Below, one piece after another: positions 21,984-31,464 of a stretch of 64,000 nucleotides of DNA. The notes beneath the pieces are model-generated. The model did not search any database. It was not told the origin of the DNA and saw nothing but the letters and a program-made list of their open reading frames with translations. Source of the stretch: Clostridia bacterium (GTDB taxonomy: Bacteria > Bacillota > Clostridia > TANB77 > UBA1234); NCBI GenBank assembly GCA_017521465.1, contig JAFXCN010000011.1, positions 4,148 through 68,147 on the forward strand. Reading direction: 5' to 3'. How positions within the stretch are numbered: the stretch's first letter is position 1; the number at the start of each line of letters is the position of its first letter. The position numbers and the translations under genes were made by a program.

Positions 21984-22634
21984 ATGAATGAAAACATAGG
22001 AAGTGAAATCGGAAAAGAATATTGGAACCAATGGTATGAGAAGAATACTAGAGATAGTATAATATATGATGAGTGGTTAAATGATTTTTATGAATATATA
22101 AAAAAATGTGAAGCACCAATAATTGATTTGGGATGTGGAAGTGGAAATGATACAAAATGGTTGATTGAAAATGGAAAAAAAGTAATTCCGTGTGATTATT
22201 CGACAAAAGCCATAGAAAACATGAAAATCAATTTTCCAGAAGTTGATAGAATAGAATGTTTTGATATGAGAAATGGTTTGCCATTTGAAGATAATTTTAC
22301 AGATATAATAATTGCAGATTTGTCATTACATTATTTTTCAAAGGAAGAAACTAATAAAATATTAAATGAGTTAAAAAGAGTTTTACGAAAAGCTGGTATG
22401 TTGATTCTTAGGGTAAATTCTGTAAAAGATGTGAATCATGGAGCAGGAGAAGGAGAAGAAATAGAGAGACATTTTTATAAAATACCAGATGGAAGATATA
22501 AGAGATTCTTTGATAAAGAAGATTTAGATTATTTCTTTAAAGAGTGGAAATGTATATATATAAAAGAAGAGCAAATGACAAGATATGAAAAAACAAAAGA
22601 ATTATGGAAGTGTGCATATAAAGTTGAAAAATAG
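21984..22634 (+). CDS. Class I SAM-dependent methyltransferase
   Basis: 'IIDLGCGSGND'. Confidence 0.7.
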   Translation: MNENIGSEIGKEYWNQWYEKNTRDSIIYDEWLNDFYEYIKKCEAPIIDLGCGSGNDTKWLIENGKKVIPCDYSTKAIENMKINFPEVDRIECFDMRNGLPFEDNFTDIIIADLSLHYFSKEETNKILNELKRVLRKAGMLILRVNSVKDVNHGAGEGEEIERHFYKIPDGRYKRFFDKEDLDYFFKEWKCIYIKEEQMTRYEKTKELWKCAYKVEK

Positions 22635-22681
22635 TATGAAATAACAAAGTAATGTATAAATGGTAAAATAAGGAGAAATAT

Positions 22682-24418
22682 ATGAAAAATTTTCTAAGAA
22701 ATTTAAAATTAACATGGAAATATACTAAGACACAGAGAATTAAGATTTTGTCTTTCCTAATTCTAAATATTATAACAATTATAATTGGCATTATTCTACC
22801 AATATTATCAGCTAATCAAATTATTCAATTAACAAATAACTCATTAGAGCAACTGGTATATATTACATTAGTAGTATTTGGCATTGAGGTATTAAGAAAT
22901 ATAGTGGATTACATAGCTAGAATGTTTATGCAAATAATATATCGTGAAACTTTTAAAGAAATACAAATTGATTTAGGTCGAGAAATACTAAAAATAGAAA
23001 ATAAATGTTTGGATGAAAATTCATCGGGTGTCTTTATACAGCGTTTGACAAGTGATGTAGGAAGTGTTGCTGAAATTTTTAATGTTTTAAATAATCATGT
23101 GACACGAATTATTACCAATATAGGTATTTTGATAGCGATATTCCTTATTAATAAATTTGCATTGATATTTATAATAATTATGCTTTTGCTAGTATTTTTA
23201 TTAGAGAAAAGAAGATTACAATTATATGACATAAATGATAAAAGTGTTAGGAATAAGAATGAAAGTGCTGTAGGTTTTATAAGTGAATTGATTCGTGGCG
23301 CTAGAGATATAAAAATGTTAAACGCAGAAAAAAGTTGTATTAATGAGTTGAAAAATAGGATTACTGATGTTAATGAAGAAAAATATAATTTTTTAAAAAT
23401 AGATAAAAAATGGCAATTCTTTCGTGGTATGACAATAGATGTGTTTGATACGGGAATAGTTTTTCTATTAATATATTTAATTTTAAATCAAAATCTAGAA
23501 GTTGCAATGGCTTTAGTAATATATAATTATATGGGTAAAGTTATACATATAGTTGATTATTTAGGTTCTTTAGCTGAACATATTGAAGATTTTAATAATT
23601 CTTGCGAGAGAGTTTTCAATATAATTAATGAAGAAGAATTTAGTAAAGAAATTTTTGGCAAGAAACATTTAGAAAAAGTTAATGGAAACTTCGAATTCAA
23701 AGATGTTTCTTTTGCATATAAGGAAGATGAAATTGTTTTGAAAGATTTATCTTTTAAAGTTAATGCTAAAGAAACAGTAGCTTTTGTAGGAAAAACAGGA
23801 AGCGGAAAGAGTACGATATTTAATTTGCTTTGTAAAATGTATGATATAAAAGATGGAAAAATAACTATAGATGGAGTTGATATAAAAGAATTAGATAAAG
23901 ATTCTATACGTGGAAATATTACAATAATAAGTCAAAGTCCATATATATTTAATTTAAGTATTAGAGATAATTTAAAATTAGTAAAACAGGATTTAACTGA
24001 AAATGAAATGATTGATGCTTGCAAGTTAGCATGTATACATGATTTTATTTTAACTTTGAAAGATGGATATGATACTATAGTGGGCGAAGGTGGAATTTCT
24101 TTAAGTGGTGGTCAAAGACAGAGATTAGCTATAGCTAGGGCGTTTGTACAAAAAACAGAAATAATACTTTTAGATGAAGCTACATCGGCTCTGGACAACG
24201 AAACGCAAAATAATATAAAGAAAGCAATAGAAAATTTGCAGGATAAGTATACAATTTTAATAATAGCACATAGATTAAGCACAATAATAAATAGTGATAG
24301 AATTTTATATTTAAATGATGGTAAAATAGAGGCTGAAGGTACTCATAAAGAATTGTTAAAGAATTGTAAAGCATATAAAACTTTATATGAATCGGAAGAT
24401 ATTAAAATAGAAAATTAA
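22682..24418 (+). CDS. ABC exporter, fused permease/ATPase
   Basis: 6 N-terminal TM helices; Walker A 'GKTGSGKST', signature 'LSGGQRQRLAIARA'. Confidence 0.85.
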   Translation: MKNFLRNLKLTWKYTKTQRIKILSFLILNIITIIIGIILPILSANQIIQLTNNSLEQLVYITLVVFGIEVLRNIVDYIARMFMQIIYRETFKEIQIDLGREILKIENKCLDENSSGVFIQRLTSDVGSVAEIFNVLNNHVTRIITNIGILIAIFLINKFALIFIIIMLLLVFLLEKRRLQLYDINDKSVRNKNESAVGFISELIRGARDIKMLNAEKSCINELKNRITDVNEEKYNFLKIDKKWQFFRGMTIDVFDTGIVFLLIYLILNQNLEVAMALVIYNYMGKVIHIVDYLGSLAEHIEDFNNSCERVFNIINEEEFSKEIFGKKHLEKVNGNFEFKDVSFAYKEDEIVLKDLSFKVNAKETVAFVGKTGSGKSTIFNLLCKMYDIKDGKITIDGVDIKELDKDSIRGNITIISQSPYIFNLSIRDNLKLVKQDLTENEMIDACKLACIHDFILTLKDGYDTIVGEGGISLSGGQRQRLAIARAFVQKTEIILLDEATSALDNETQNNIKKAIENLQDKYTILIIAHRLSTIINSDRILYLNDGKIEAEGTHKELLKNCKAYKTLYESEDIKIEN

Positions 24419-24473
24419 TATAAGAAATAGAGAATATAAAAATTTTCTAGATATATACTATATTAAAGATAAA

Positions 24474-24512
24474 AAGAAACCAAGAACTGTTTATAGTTCT
24501 TGGTTTCTTTTT
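24474..24512. terminator. Bidirectional terminator hairpin
   Basis: agaaaccaagaact-gtttat-agttcttggtttct flanked by A/T runs. Confidence 0.6.
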
Positions 24513-25105
24513 ATTAATATTATTTCTCTATTTTCACCAATTACTAAAGAAAAATCTTTTGTAGAATTTTCTTCAATTCTACTTTTCAAAACTTTTCTAT
24601 TAAATTCAAATGGTCTATCTTTTATAATTTCGCAACATTCATCATTATCAAAGTAATTAATATTTAAATAGTAAGGATCAAATAAATATGCATATTCGTC
24701 ATCTAGTGCTGTAAGCAAGCAATAATGTTCACATTCTTGATAAACTCTTAAAATAGCTACACCGTTATTATTAATAGTTTGTTCTAACTCTTTATTATAA
24801 ATAGAACAATCGTCTTTTAATAATACTTTACAAACAATATTCATTCCTTTTTTTGGTGCATTTTCATTTAACCAAGAACATAGAAATTTTAGGGCATAGG
24901 TAGATGTACCACCTTTGCAATTTTCACCATTTTCATCAGTTTTATCTAAAGTGTACTGCATTATGTATTTATATACCTCAGGTGAAATTTCACTTCGTTT
25001 AAATAAATAACGCAAAGCATTTAGTAGTGTTGTAGTTCCACAATCATATTCAGTAATTTGATAATCCAAAGGTGTTTTTGTATATTCATATTTTATATTT
25101 TCCAT
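24491..25105 (-). CDS. C39-like (BtrH/Peptidase_C39_2) cysteine peptidase
   Basis: 'QITEYDCGTTTLLNAL' Gln/Cys motif, downstream 'HYCLL...D'; RBS AGGAGG 6 nt before ATG at 25105. Confidence 0.5.
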   Translation of the reverse strand: MENIKYEYTKTPLDYQITEYDCGTTTLLNALRYLFKRSEISPEVYKYIMQYTLDKTDENGENCKGGTSTYALKFLCSWLNENAPKKGMNIVCKVLLKDDCSIYNKELEQTINNNGVAILRVYQECEHYCLLTALDDEYAYLFDPYYLNINYFDNDECCEIIKDRPFEFNRKVLKSRIEENSTKDFSLVIGENREIILIKRNQEL

Positions 25106-25193
25106 AAAATTCCTCCTAAGTAATATATTATAAATATAACATAACAGATTAGATTCTTCAATTAAAATATTCATGCAAAAAATACTAAAAATG

Positions 25194-25222
25194 TTGAAAA
25201 AACAAATTTTTTATGATAAAAT
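25194..25222 (+). promoter_or_regulatory. Putative sigma-A promoter of pflB
   Basis: TTGAAA-17-TAAAAT. Confidence 0.35.
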
Positions 25223-25276
25223 ACTCATTTGCTTAAGGGCGAATGACATAAAATAATATAAGAAAGAGGGGAAAAT

Positions 25277-27508
25277 ATGAGATTTGAAGAATGGAAAGGA
25301 TTTAACAAAGGCAGATGGGAAAAAGAAATTGATGTAAGAAATTTCATTCAATTAAATTATACCCCATATGAAGGTACTGATGAATTTTTAACAGAACCAA
25401 CTGAAACTACAAGAAAATTGTGGGATAAGGTTTTGGATTTATATAAGCAAGAACAAGCAAACAACGGTGTTTTGGATATTGACACTAAAACAATTTCATC
25501 AATTGCTGCACACGAGGCTGGTTATATAGATAAAGAATTAGAAAAAATAGTAGGGTTACAAACAGATGCTCCTTTGAAAAGAGCAATTATGCCATTTGGT
25601 GGTATAAGAATAGTTGAAAAATCTTGTGAAGCTTATGGTAGAAAAATTGATGAAGATGTTGCTAAAACATTCCATGGAATTAGAAGAACTCATAATGATG
25701 GTGTGTTTAGTGTTTATACACCAGATGTAAGAGCTGCTAGAAGCTCACACTTAATAACAGGACTTCCTGATGGATACGGTCGTGGAAGAATAATTGGTGA
25801 CTATAGAAGAATTGCTTTATACGGTGTTGACGTTCTTATAGAAGAAAAAAATAAAGCATTAGAATTATTAGATAAAGATTTTGATGAAGACGTTATAAGA
25901 GAACGTGAAGAAATTTTTGATCAAATAGCATCATTAAAAGAATTAAAAGTAATGGCTCAAAAATATGGATATGATATATCTAAACCTGCAACAAATTCAA
26001 AAGAAGCTGTTCAATGGCTATATTTTGGATATTTAGCTGCAATCAAAGAACAAAATGGTGCTGCTATGAGTCTTGGTAGAGTTACTACTTTCTTAGATAT
26101 CTATTTTGAAAGGGATTTAAAAGAAGGAACTTTAACTGAAGAAGAAGTTCAAGAAATAATGGATCACTTTGTTATGAAACTTAGAATGGTTAGATTCTTG
26201 AGAACTCCAGAATATGATGCGTTATTTAGTGGAGACCCAGCATGGGTAACAGAAGCTATTGGTGGTATGGGATTAGATGGAAGAACTTTAGTTACTAAAA
26301 ACTCTTTCAGAATGTTGCATACATTAACAAACTTAGGACCAGCTCCAGAACCAAACATGACAATTTTATGGGCACAAAATTTACCTCAAGGATTTAAAGA
26401 ATACGCTGCCAAAATGTCAATTAAAACTTCATCAATCCAATATGAAAATGATGATTTGATGAGAGATTTCTGGGGAGATGATTATGGAATAGCTTGTTGT
26501 GTTTCGGCAATGAGAATTGGTAAACAAATGCAATTCTTCGGTGCTAGATGTAACTTAGCAAAAACATTGTTATATGCTATGAATGGTGGACGTGACGAAC
26601 TTTCAGGAAAACAAGTTGCTCCAAAATTTGAGCCTGTAACATCAGAATATTTAGACTATGATGATGTTATGTATAAATTTGATAACATGATGGAATATGT
26701 TGCAAAAATTTATATTAAAGCATTAAATGCAATTCACTATATGCATGACAAATATGCATATGAAAAAATAGAAATGGCTCTTCATGATGAAAAAATATTA
26801 AGAACTATGGCTACTGGTATTGCAGGACTTTCAGTTGTTGCGGATTCATTATCTGCTATAAAATATGCTAAAGTAAAAGCTATTAGAAACGAACAAGGAT
26901 TAATCGAACACTACGAAGTAGAAGGAGATTTCCCTAAATATGGTAACGATGATGACAGAGTTGATGATATCGCAGTAGATGTCGTTAAGAGATTTATGAA
27001 TAAAATTGCAAAACAAAAAACATATAGAAATGCAAAGCCAACAATGTCTATACTTACAATTACATCAAACGTTGTGTACGGTAAAAATACAGGTGATACT
27101 CCTGATGGAAGAAAAGGTGGAGAACCATTTGGACCAGGTGCAAACCCATTACATGGTAGAGATGCAAATGGTGCAATAGCTGTTATGAATACAGTTGCTA
27201 AACTTCCATATGAATATTCTGAAGACGGAATTTCATATACATTCTCAATTACACCAGCAACATTAGGTAAAGAAAAAGAAATTAGAGTTAGAAATCTAAT
27301 CGCATTATTAGATGGATACTTTAAACAAACTGGTCAACACATAAATGTAAATGTATTCGATAGAGAATTATTAATTGATGCTATGGATCATCCAGAAAAA
27401 TATCCACAACTTACAATAAGAGTTTCTGGATATGCGGTTAACTTTGTTAAATTAACAAGAGAACAACAATTGGATGTAATAAATAGAACAATACATGAAA
27501 AAATTTAG
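25277..27508 (+). CDS. pflB: Formate C-acetyltransferase (pyruvate formate-lyase)
   Basis: Glycyl-radical motif 'RVSGYAVNF', active-site 'CCVSAM'. Confidence 0.95.
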   Translation: MRFEEWKGFNKGRWEKEIDVRNFIQLNYTPYEGTDEFLTEPTETTRKLWDKVLDLYKQEQANNGVLDIDTKTISSIAAHEAGYIDKELEKIVGLQTDAPLKRAIMPFGGIRIVEKSCEAYGRKIDEDVAKTFHGIRRTHNDGVFSVYTPDVRAARSSHLITGLPDGYGRGRIIGDYRRIALYGVDVLIEEKNKALELLDKDFDEDVIREREEIFDQIASLKELKVMAQKYGYDISKPATNSKEAVQWLYFGYLAAIKEQNGAAMSLGRVTTFLDIYFERDLKEGTLTEEEVQEIMDHFVMKLRMVRFLRTPEYDALFSGDPAWVTEAIGGMGLDGRTLVTKNSFRMLHTLTNLGPAPEPNMTILWAQNLPQGFKEYAAKMSIKTSSIQYENDDLMRDFWGDDYGIACCVSAMRIGKQMQFFGARCNLAKTLLYAMNGGRDELSGKQVAPKFEPVTSEYLDYDDVMYKFDNMMEYVAKIYIKALNAIHYMHDKYAYEKIEMALHDEKILRTMATGIAGLSVVADSLSAIKYAKVKAIRNEQGLIEHYEVEGDFPKYGNDDDRVDDIAVDVVKRFMNKIAKQKTYRNAKPTMSILTITSNVVYGKNTGDTPDGRKGGEPFGPGANPLHGRDANGAIAVMNTVAKLPYEYSEDGISYTFSITPATLGKEKEIRVRNLIALLDGYFKQTGQHINVNVFDRELLIDAMDHPEKYPQLTIRVSGYAVNFVKLTREQQLDVINRTIHEKI

Positions 27509-27516
27509 GAGATAAT

Positions 27517-28233
27517 ATGTCAGAAATAAAAGGTAGAATACATTCTTTTGAAAGCTTAGGTGCTGTGGATGGACCAGGAGTTAGATATGTTATATTTATG
27601 CAAGGATGTCCACTTAGATGTAAATATTGTCATAACAGAGATACAAGAGAATATTCGTTAGGGAAAAAATATCCTGTAGATGATATTGTAAATCAAGTTA
27701 AGAGATATGTTGCATATATGGGAAAAGACGGTGGAGTTACTGTAACTGGTGGAGAACCACTTTTGCAAATAGAGTTCGTTACCGAGCTATTTAAAAAGTT
27801 AAAAGAAAATAATATACATACAGCTTTAGATACTTCTGGATTTGTAAACACAGAGAAGTTAGGTGACTTATTAAAATATACAGATTTAGTATTGCTCGAT
27901 ATAAAACATATGGATTTAAATGAGCACTTAAAACTAACAGGGGTAAGCAATGAAAAAATAAAATTGTTTGCAAAATATTTGAGTGATAACGGAATACCTA
28001 TGTGGATAAGACATGTATTAGTACCTGGAATTACAGATTCGGAAGAACATTTAATATCGCTTAGAGAATTTATAAAAACATTAAAAACAGTAGAAAAAGT
28101 TGAAGTGTTAGGTTATCACACATTAGGTGCTTCTAAATGGGAACTTTGTGAAGAAGACTATCCGTTAAAAGGTGTGCCAGAAGCAACTAAAGAAGATGTA
28201 AAAAGAGCGAAAAAAATATTAGAAATAGAATAA
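27517..28233 (+). CDS. pflA: Pyruvate formate-lyase activating enzyme
   Basis: Radical-SAM 'CPLRCKYCHN'. Confidence 0.95.
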   Translation: MSEIKGRIHSFESLGAVDGPGVRYVIFMQGCPLRCKYCHNRDTREYSLGKKYPVDDIVNQVKRYVAYMGKDGGVTVTGGEPLLQIEFVTELFKKLKENNIHTALDTSGFVNTEKLGDLLKYTDLVLLDIKHMDLNEHLKLTGVSNEKIKLFAKYLSDNGIPMWIRHVLVPGITDSEEHLISLREFIKTLKTVEKVEVLGYHTLGASKWELCEEDYPLKGVPEATKEDVKRAKKILEIE

Positions 28234-28238
28234 AAAAA

Positions 28239-28268
28239 GGACTATAGCAGATGCTATAGTCCTTTTTA
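28239..28268. terminator. Bidirectional terminator
   Basis: ggactatagc-agat-gctatagtcc followed by TTTTT. Confidence 0.6.
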
Positions 28269-28284
28269 TTAACTAATAATTATA

Positions 28285-28731
28285 TTACGGATAATAATTG
28301 CGTACAATTTCCATATGTTCTTCGGTTAAGCGATAAACAGTACCATGTCTAGGATAAGATACACCGACAGTGGAACCGTATGCATCGCCCCAGCTGGCAA
28401 TGTCATAGAATTCAAAGGCAATCCACATATCGGTAGCTTCATTAAGACATACAAACACCCAGCTGATTTTGCTGTCAATAAAGCCAGAGTCACCAGGCGA
28501 AGTTTCCAATTTCCATTCGTCGTTATAAATCCAAAGTGCAGAAAAAGTGTTCTCAGGCTCATGGCGAACCTGGTCAGAAAACTTACCTTTACAGAAGGTG
28601 CAGTCGGTAGTAAAATGCATAGAATCAAGTACGGGTAACTTAGGATATGACTCATCAGTTACTACAATAGAATTGTATTCTTCATCAGGCATGTCTTGGC
28701 GAGGCTGGTCGTGGAAGGTGATCTTATACAT
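28285..28731 (-). CDS. Hypothetical protein on GC-rich island
   Basis: RBS AGGAGG 7 nt before ATG; ~45% GC. Confidence 0.55.
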   Translation of the reverse strand: MYKITFHDQPRQDMPDEEYNSIVVTDESYPKLPVLDSMHFTTDCTFCKGKFSDQVRHEPENTFSALWIYNDEWKLETSPGDSGFIDSKISWVFVCLNEATDMWIAFEFYDIASWGDAYGSTVGVSYPRHGTVYRLTEEHMEIVRNYYP

Positions 28732-28915
28732 GAGAAGTCCTCCTTTTTGAAGTCTAGTATTTATAGTATGCTAAAGGAAGTGGCTAATTCAGCACAGTTA
28801 AAAACCAAAGTGATGATTAATCATATATTACAATAATGTTTACGAGCACATTATACAATGATTTGTTTTAAAATACAAGCAATTTAGATTTTAAAATTTA
28901 TAGTTGTTTATAATA

Positions 28916-28944
28916 TTGACAAATAGCTAAAAAGGTTATAGAAT
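28916..28944 (+). promoter_or_regulatory. Sigma-A promoter for 29020 gene
   Basis: TTGACA-17-TAGAAT. Confidence 0.45.
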
Positions 28945-29019
28945 GAGCTTGTAAATAATGGTATACATAAGTTGAATTGTTTGGTGAATAGTTTTACTGA
29001 AAGAAAGGAGCGCATTTCT

Positions 29020-29412
29020 ATGGCGAAGTACTGTGAAGGCAACGTGATGAAACTGTTGAAGAACCATGGTATTTTGGAGAAAGGATGTAAGTATACTGAT
29101 GTAGCTTGGTCGGCTCGGTGCTTGTTGGAAAAAATCGATGAACGTAATGTAACTGTGAGTGAGAATTGTTTGATTATTCGTCCAGCTTTGGACGAGGTTA
29201 TTAATCATCCGTTTGCAGATGATAATCTTAGAGCAGTAGAAAATGAGCTTGCGGCGGAATTGAAGGATATTTTTGGCGTAGAAGCTGATGTTAAATACAA
29301 GCTTGAGTATACTGAAGAGGTTGAACCTGATCCCGTGCCTCCGCTTTATTGGGGTGGGACGGATACGCATTATCATTATTCTTTGACTATTAAGATTAAA
29401 TTGCCTGAATGA
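29020..29412 (+). CDS. Hypothetical protein on GC-rich island
   Basis: RBS AGGAG 8 nt before ATG 29020; divergent from 28285-28731. Confidence 0.5.
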   Translation: MAKYCEGNVMKLLKNHGILEKGCKYTDVAWSARCLLEKIDERNVTVSENCLIIRPALDEVINHPFADDNLRAVENELAAELKDIFGVEADVKYKLEYTEEVEPDPVPPLYWGGTDTHYHYSLTIKIKLPE

Positions 29413-29418
29413 AAATAT

Positions 29419-29460
29419 AACTGGAGTTCTAATTTAGAACTCCAGTTTTGTTTTTATTTT
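29419..29460 (+). terminator. Rho-independent terminator
   Basis: aactggagttcta/tagaactccagtt followed by a T-run. Confidence 0.65.
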
Positions 29461-29541
29461 TTATAAAAATATAGTGAAATATGAATTGATAATGATATAA
29501 TTGATATGTAAAGTCAAAATTAAACATGAAGGGAGTTATAT

Positions 29542-30756
29542 ATGAAACTAATTTCTATTCCAAAAGAGCAATATGATGAATACAGACTAGATTTAATATT
29601 TAATTGTTATAAATGGGACCCTCAGTTTTTGGATAATAATACGGTTGCTAAGCATGTATTAGTTATCACTAAAGAGGAACATGAACAATTAAAAAGATAT
29701 ACAGAAATGCTTGATAAAGAAACAAGAGAAGCAGAGAAGTTTTTGAATAATAATTTGAAACTTGCTAAGCCGTTAGCTTTGCCAAGACAAATTAATAAAG
29801 AATTAAAAAAGATGAAAAATTATGATGAAAATAAACATGTTCGTCTTATGAGATATGATTTTCATCCTGTCATTGGCGATAAATGGGCTATAAGTGAAGT
29901 TAATAGTGATGTGCCAGGAGGTTTTGCGGAAGCATCGCTTATGCCAAAAAGAGCATTAGAGTTATTAAAAAATAATGAATATTGGTCTAAAAATTTTGGA
30001 GATGCTTTAGTAAATGCAATAAAAGAAAAAGTTAAGCCGAATGGAAGAATAATGATGGTGCATTGTACATCATATAGCGATGATAGACAAGTTATGCAAT
30101 TTTTAGGTGATAGGTTAAAAACTTTAGGGTTTGAAATTATATATGCAGCGGCTGATCATTTAAAGTTTGAAAATAATGAAGCCATAAGCGTTTTAGATGA
30201 GAATGAAGGAAAGGTAGACGGTATATTTAGATTTACGCCATTAGAATGGTTAATTGGAATGAAACCAAAGCGCTGGCAAGGATATTTTGATACAATAACA
30301 CCGTCATGCAATCATCCGATCGCTATATTTGCTCAAACAAAAAGATTTCCGCTAATATGGGAAAGCTTAGAAGCGGCAGGAATTGATTTATCTACATGGC
30401 GCGAATTACTTCCTGAAACAATAGAAGTACGAGATGCTAAAGAAAGAGAAGGTTTTATATATAAACCAGCTTGTGGACGAGTTGGTGAAAAAATATCAAT
30501 AAAGGAAGCATGTGTGGATGATGAATATGAGAAAATACTTAAAGATGTAAGAAAACATCCTAAGCAATATTTAGCACAAAAAAGATTTGATAGTAGACCA
30601 CTTACAAGTGATGAAGGTGAAAATTTTCATGTTTGTTTAGGTTCGTATGCTGTAGACGGTAAACATGGTGGGTATTATGCGCGAATAAGTAAAACTCCTC
30701 GAATAGATTCAAATGCAGCGGATATTCCAGTTTTGATTGAAGGAGGTGCAGAGTAA
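29542..30756 (+). CDS. Glutathionylspermidine-synthase-like ATP-grasp protein (YgiC/YjfC family)
   Basis: 'RYDFHPVIGDKWAISEVNSDVPGG' resembles YgiC 'RLDLAW...LLENNADTP'; ~400 aa. Confidence 0.55.
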   Translation: MKLISIPKEQYDEYRLDLIFNCYKWDPQFLDNNTVAKHVLVITKEEHEQLKRYTEMLDKETREAEKFLNNNLKLAKPLALPRQINKELKKMKNYDENKHVRLMRYDFHPVIGDKWAISEVNSDVPGGFAEASLMPKRALELLKNNEYWSKNFGDALVNAIKEKVKPNGRIMMVHCTSYSDDRQVMQFLGDRLKTLGFEIIYAAADHLKFENNEAISVLDENEGKVDGIFRFTPLEWLIGMKPKRWQGYFDTITPSCNHPIAIFAQTKRFPLIWESLEAAGIDLSTWRELLPETIEVRDAKEREGFIYKPACGRVGEKISIKEACVDDEYEKILKDVRKHPKQYLAQKRFDSRPLTSDEGENFHVCLGSYAVDGKHGGYYARISKTPRIDSNAADIPVLIEGGAE

Positions 30757-30758
30757 AA

Positions 30759-31418
30759 ATGACAGGAAGAGAAATTTTTAATATATGGGCACCCAAAGGA
30801 AGCAAATGGGTAGAGTGGGTTCGACCAGTTCCTTTTGTAGCAATCGGTGATGGTTTAAAAGAATATGGTATTTATAATTTGATGAAAAATGATATAAGAT
30901 ATACAAATAAGGCGAGCAAAAGTACGGCGATAATTGTAGATTTACCAGGTTATGAAAGTGTTGAAGAAGCAATAGAACTTGCAAAAATAGGGTATAGACC
31001 AATACCGATTTATAATGGTACAACAGAGCAAGAAAATGCAATGCCAACAAGTGATAATAGAGCTGTAGAAATTGCATTAATAAAAGGTGCTGCAGAACTT
31101 GAAAAGATAAAATTACCAGATGATGCACCACCGGCATTCTTGTTGGATACTAATAGAATGATTAGATATAAAATGAATGTTAGTGTGTTTGATAATAGTT
31201 GGGATATATATAATCAAGATATGCCGACAGCTAAATATTTAATCCAAAATGGAATAAAAAAAGTTATAGTGAGAGCTGATAAAAAAATACAAAAAGATTT
31301 AAAGAAGATTTTATATAAATATCAAAGTGAAGGAATTGATATTTTATTTGCAAACGGATATAAAAAACCGAATAGAGTTACAATAAGAAGACCTTCAAAA
31401 AGTGAACAAAGAATATAA
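30759..31418 (+). CDS. Hypothetical protein, translationally coupled partner of the ATP-grasp gene
   Basis: Starts 3 nt after the ATP-grasp stop. Confidence 0.5.
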   Translation: MTGREIFNIWAPKGSKWVEWVRPVPFVAIGDGLKEYGIYNLMKNDIRYTNKASKSTAIIVDLPGYESVEEAIELAKIGYRPIPIYNGTTEQENAMPTSDNRAVEIALIKGAAELEKIKLPDDAPPAFLLDTNRMIRYKMNVSVFDNSWDIYNQDMPTAKYLIQNGIKKVIVRADKKIQKDLKKILYKYQSEGIDILFANGYKKPNRVTIRRPSKSEQRI

Positions 31419-31423
31419 AACAA

Positions 31424-31457
31424 AAAGGAATGATTTTAAAATCATTCCTTTTTTTAT
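31424..31457. terminator. Bidirectional terminator
   Basis: aaaggaatgatttt/aaaatcattccttt palindrome followed by a T-run. Confidence 0.6.
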
Positions 31458-31464
31458 TCATAGC

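Noticed and set aside
28345-28638. 97-aa plus-strand ORF antisense to 28285-28731
   Set aside because: The minus-strand gene has a consensus AGGAGG-7-ATG start; the plus ORF lacks one
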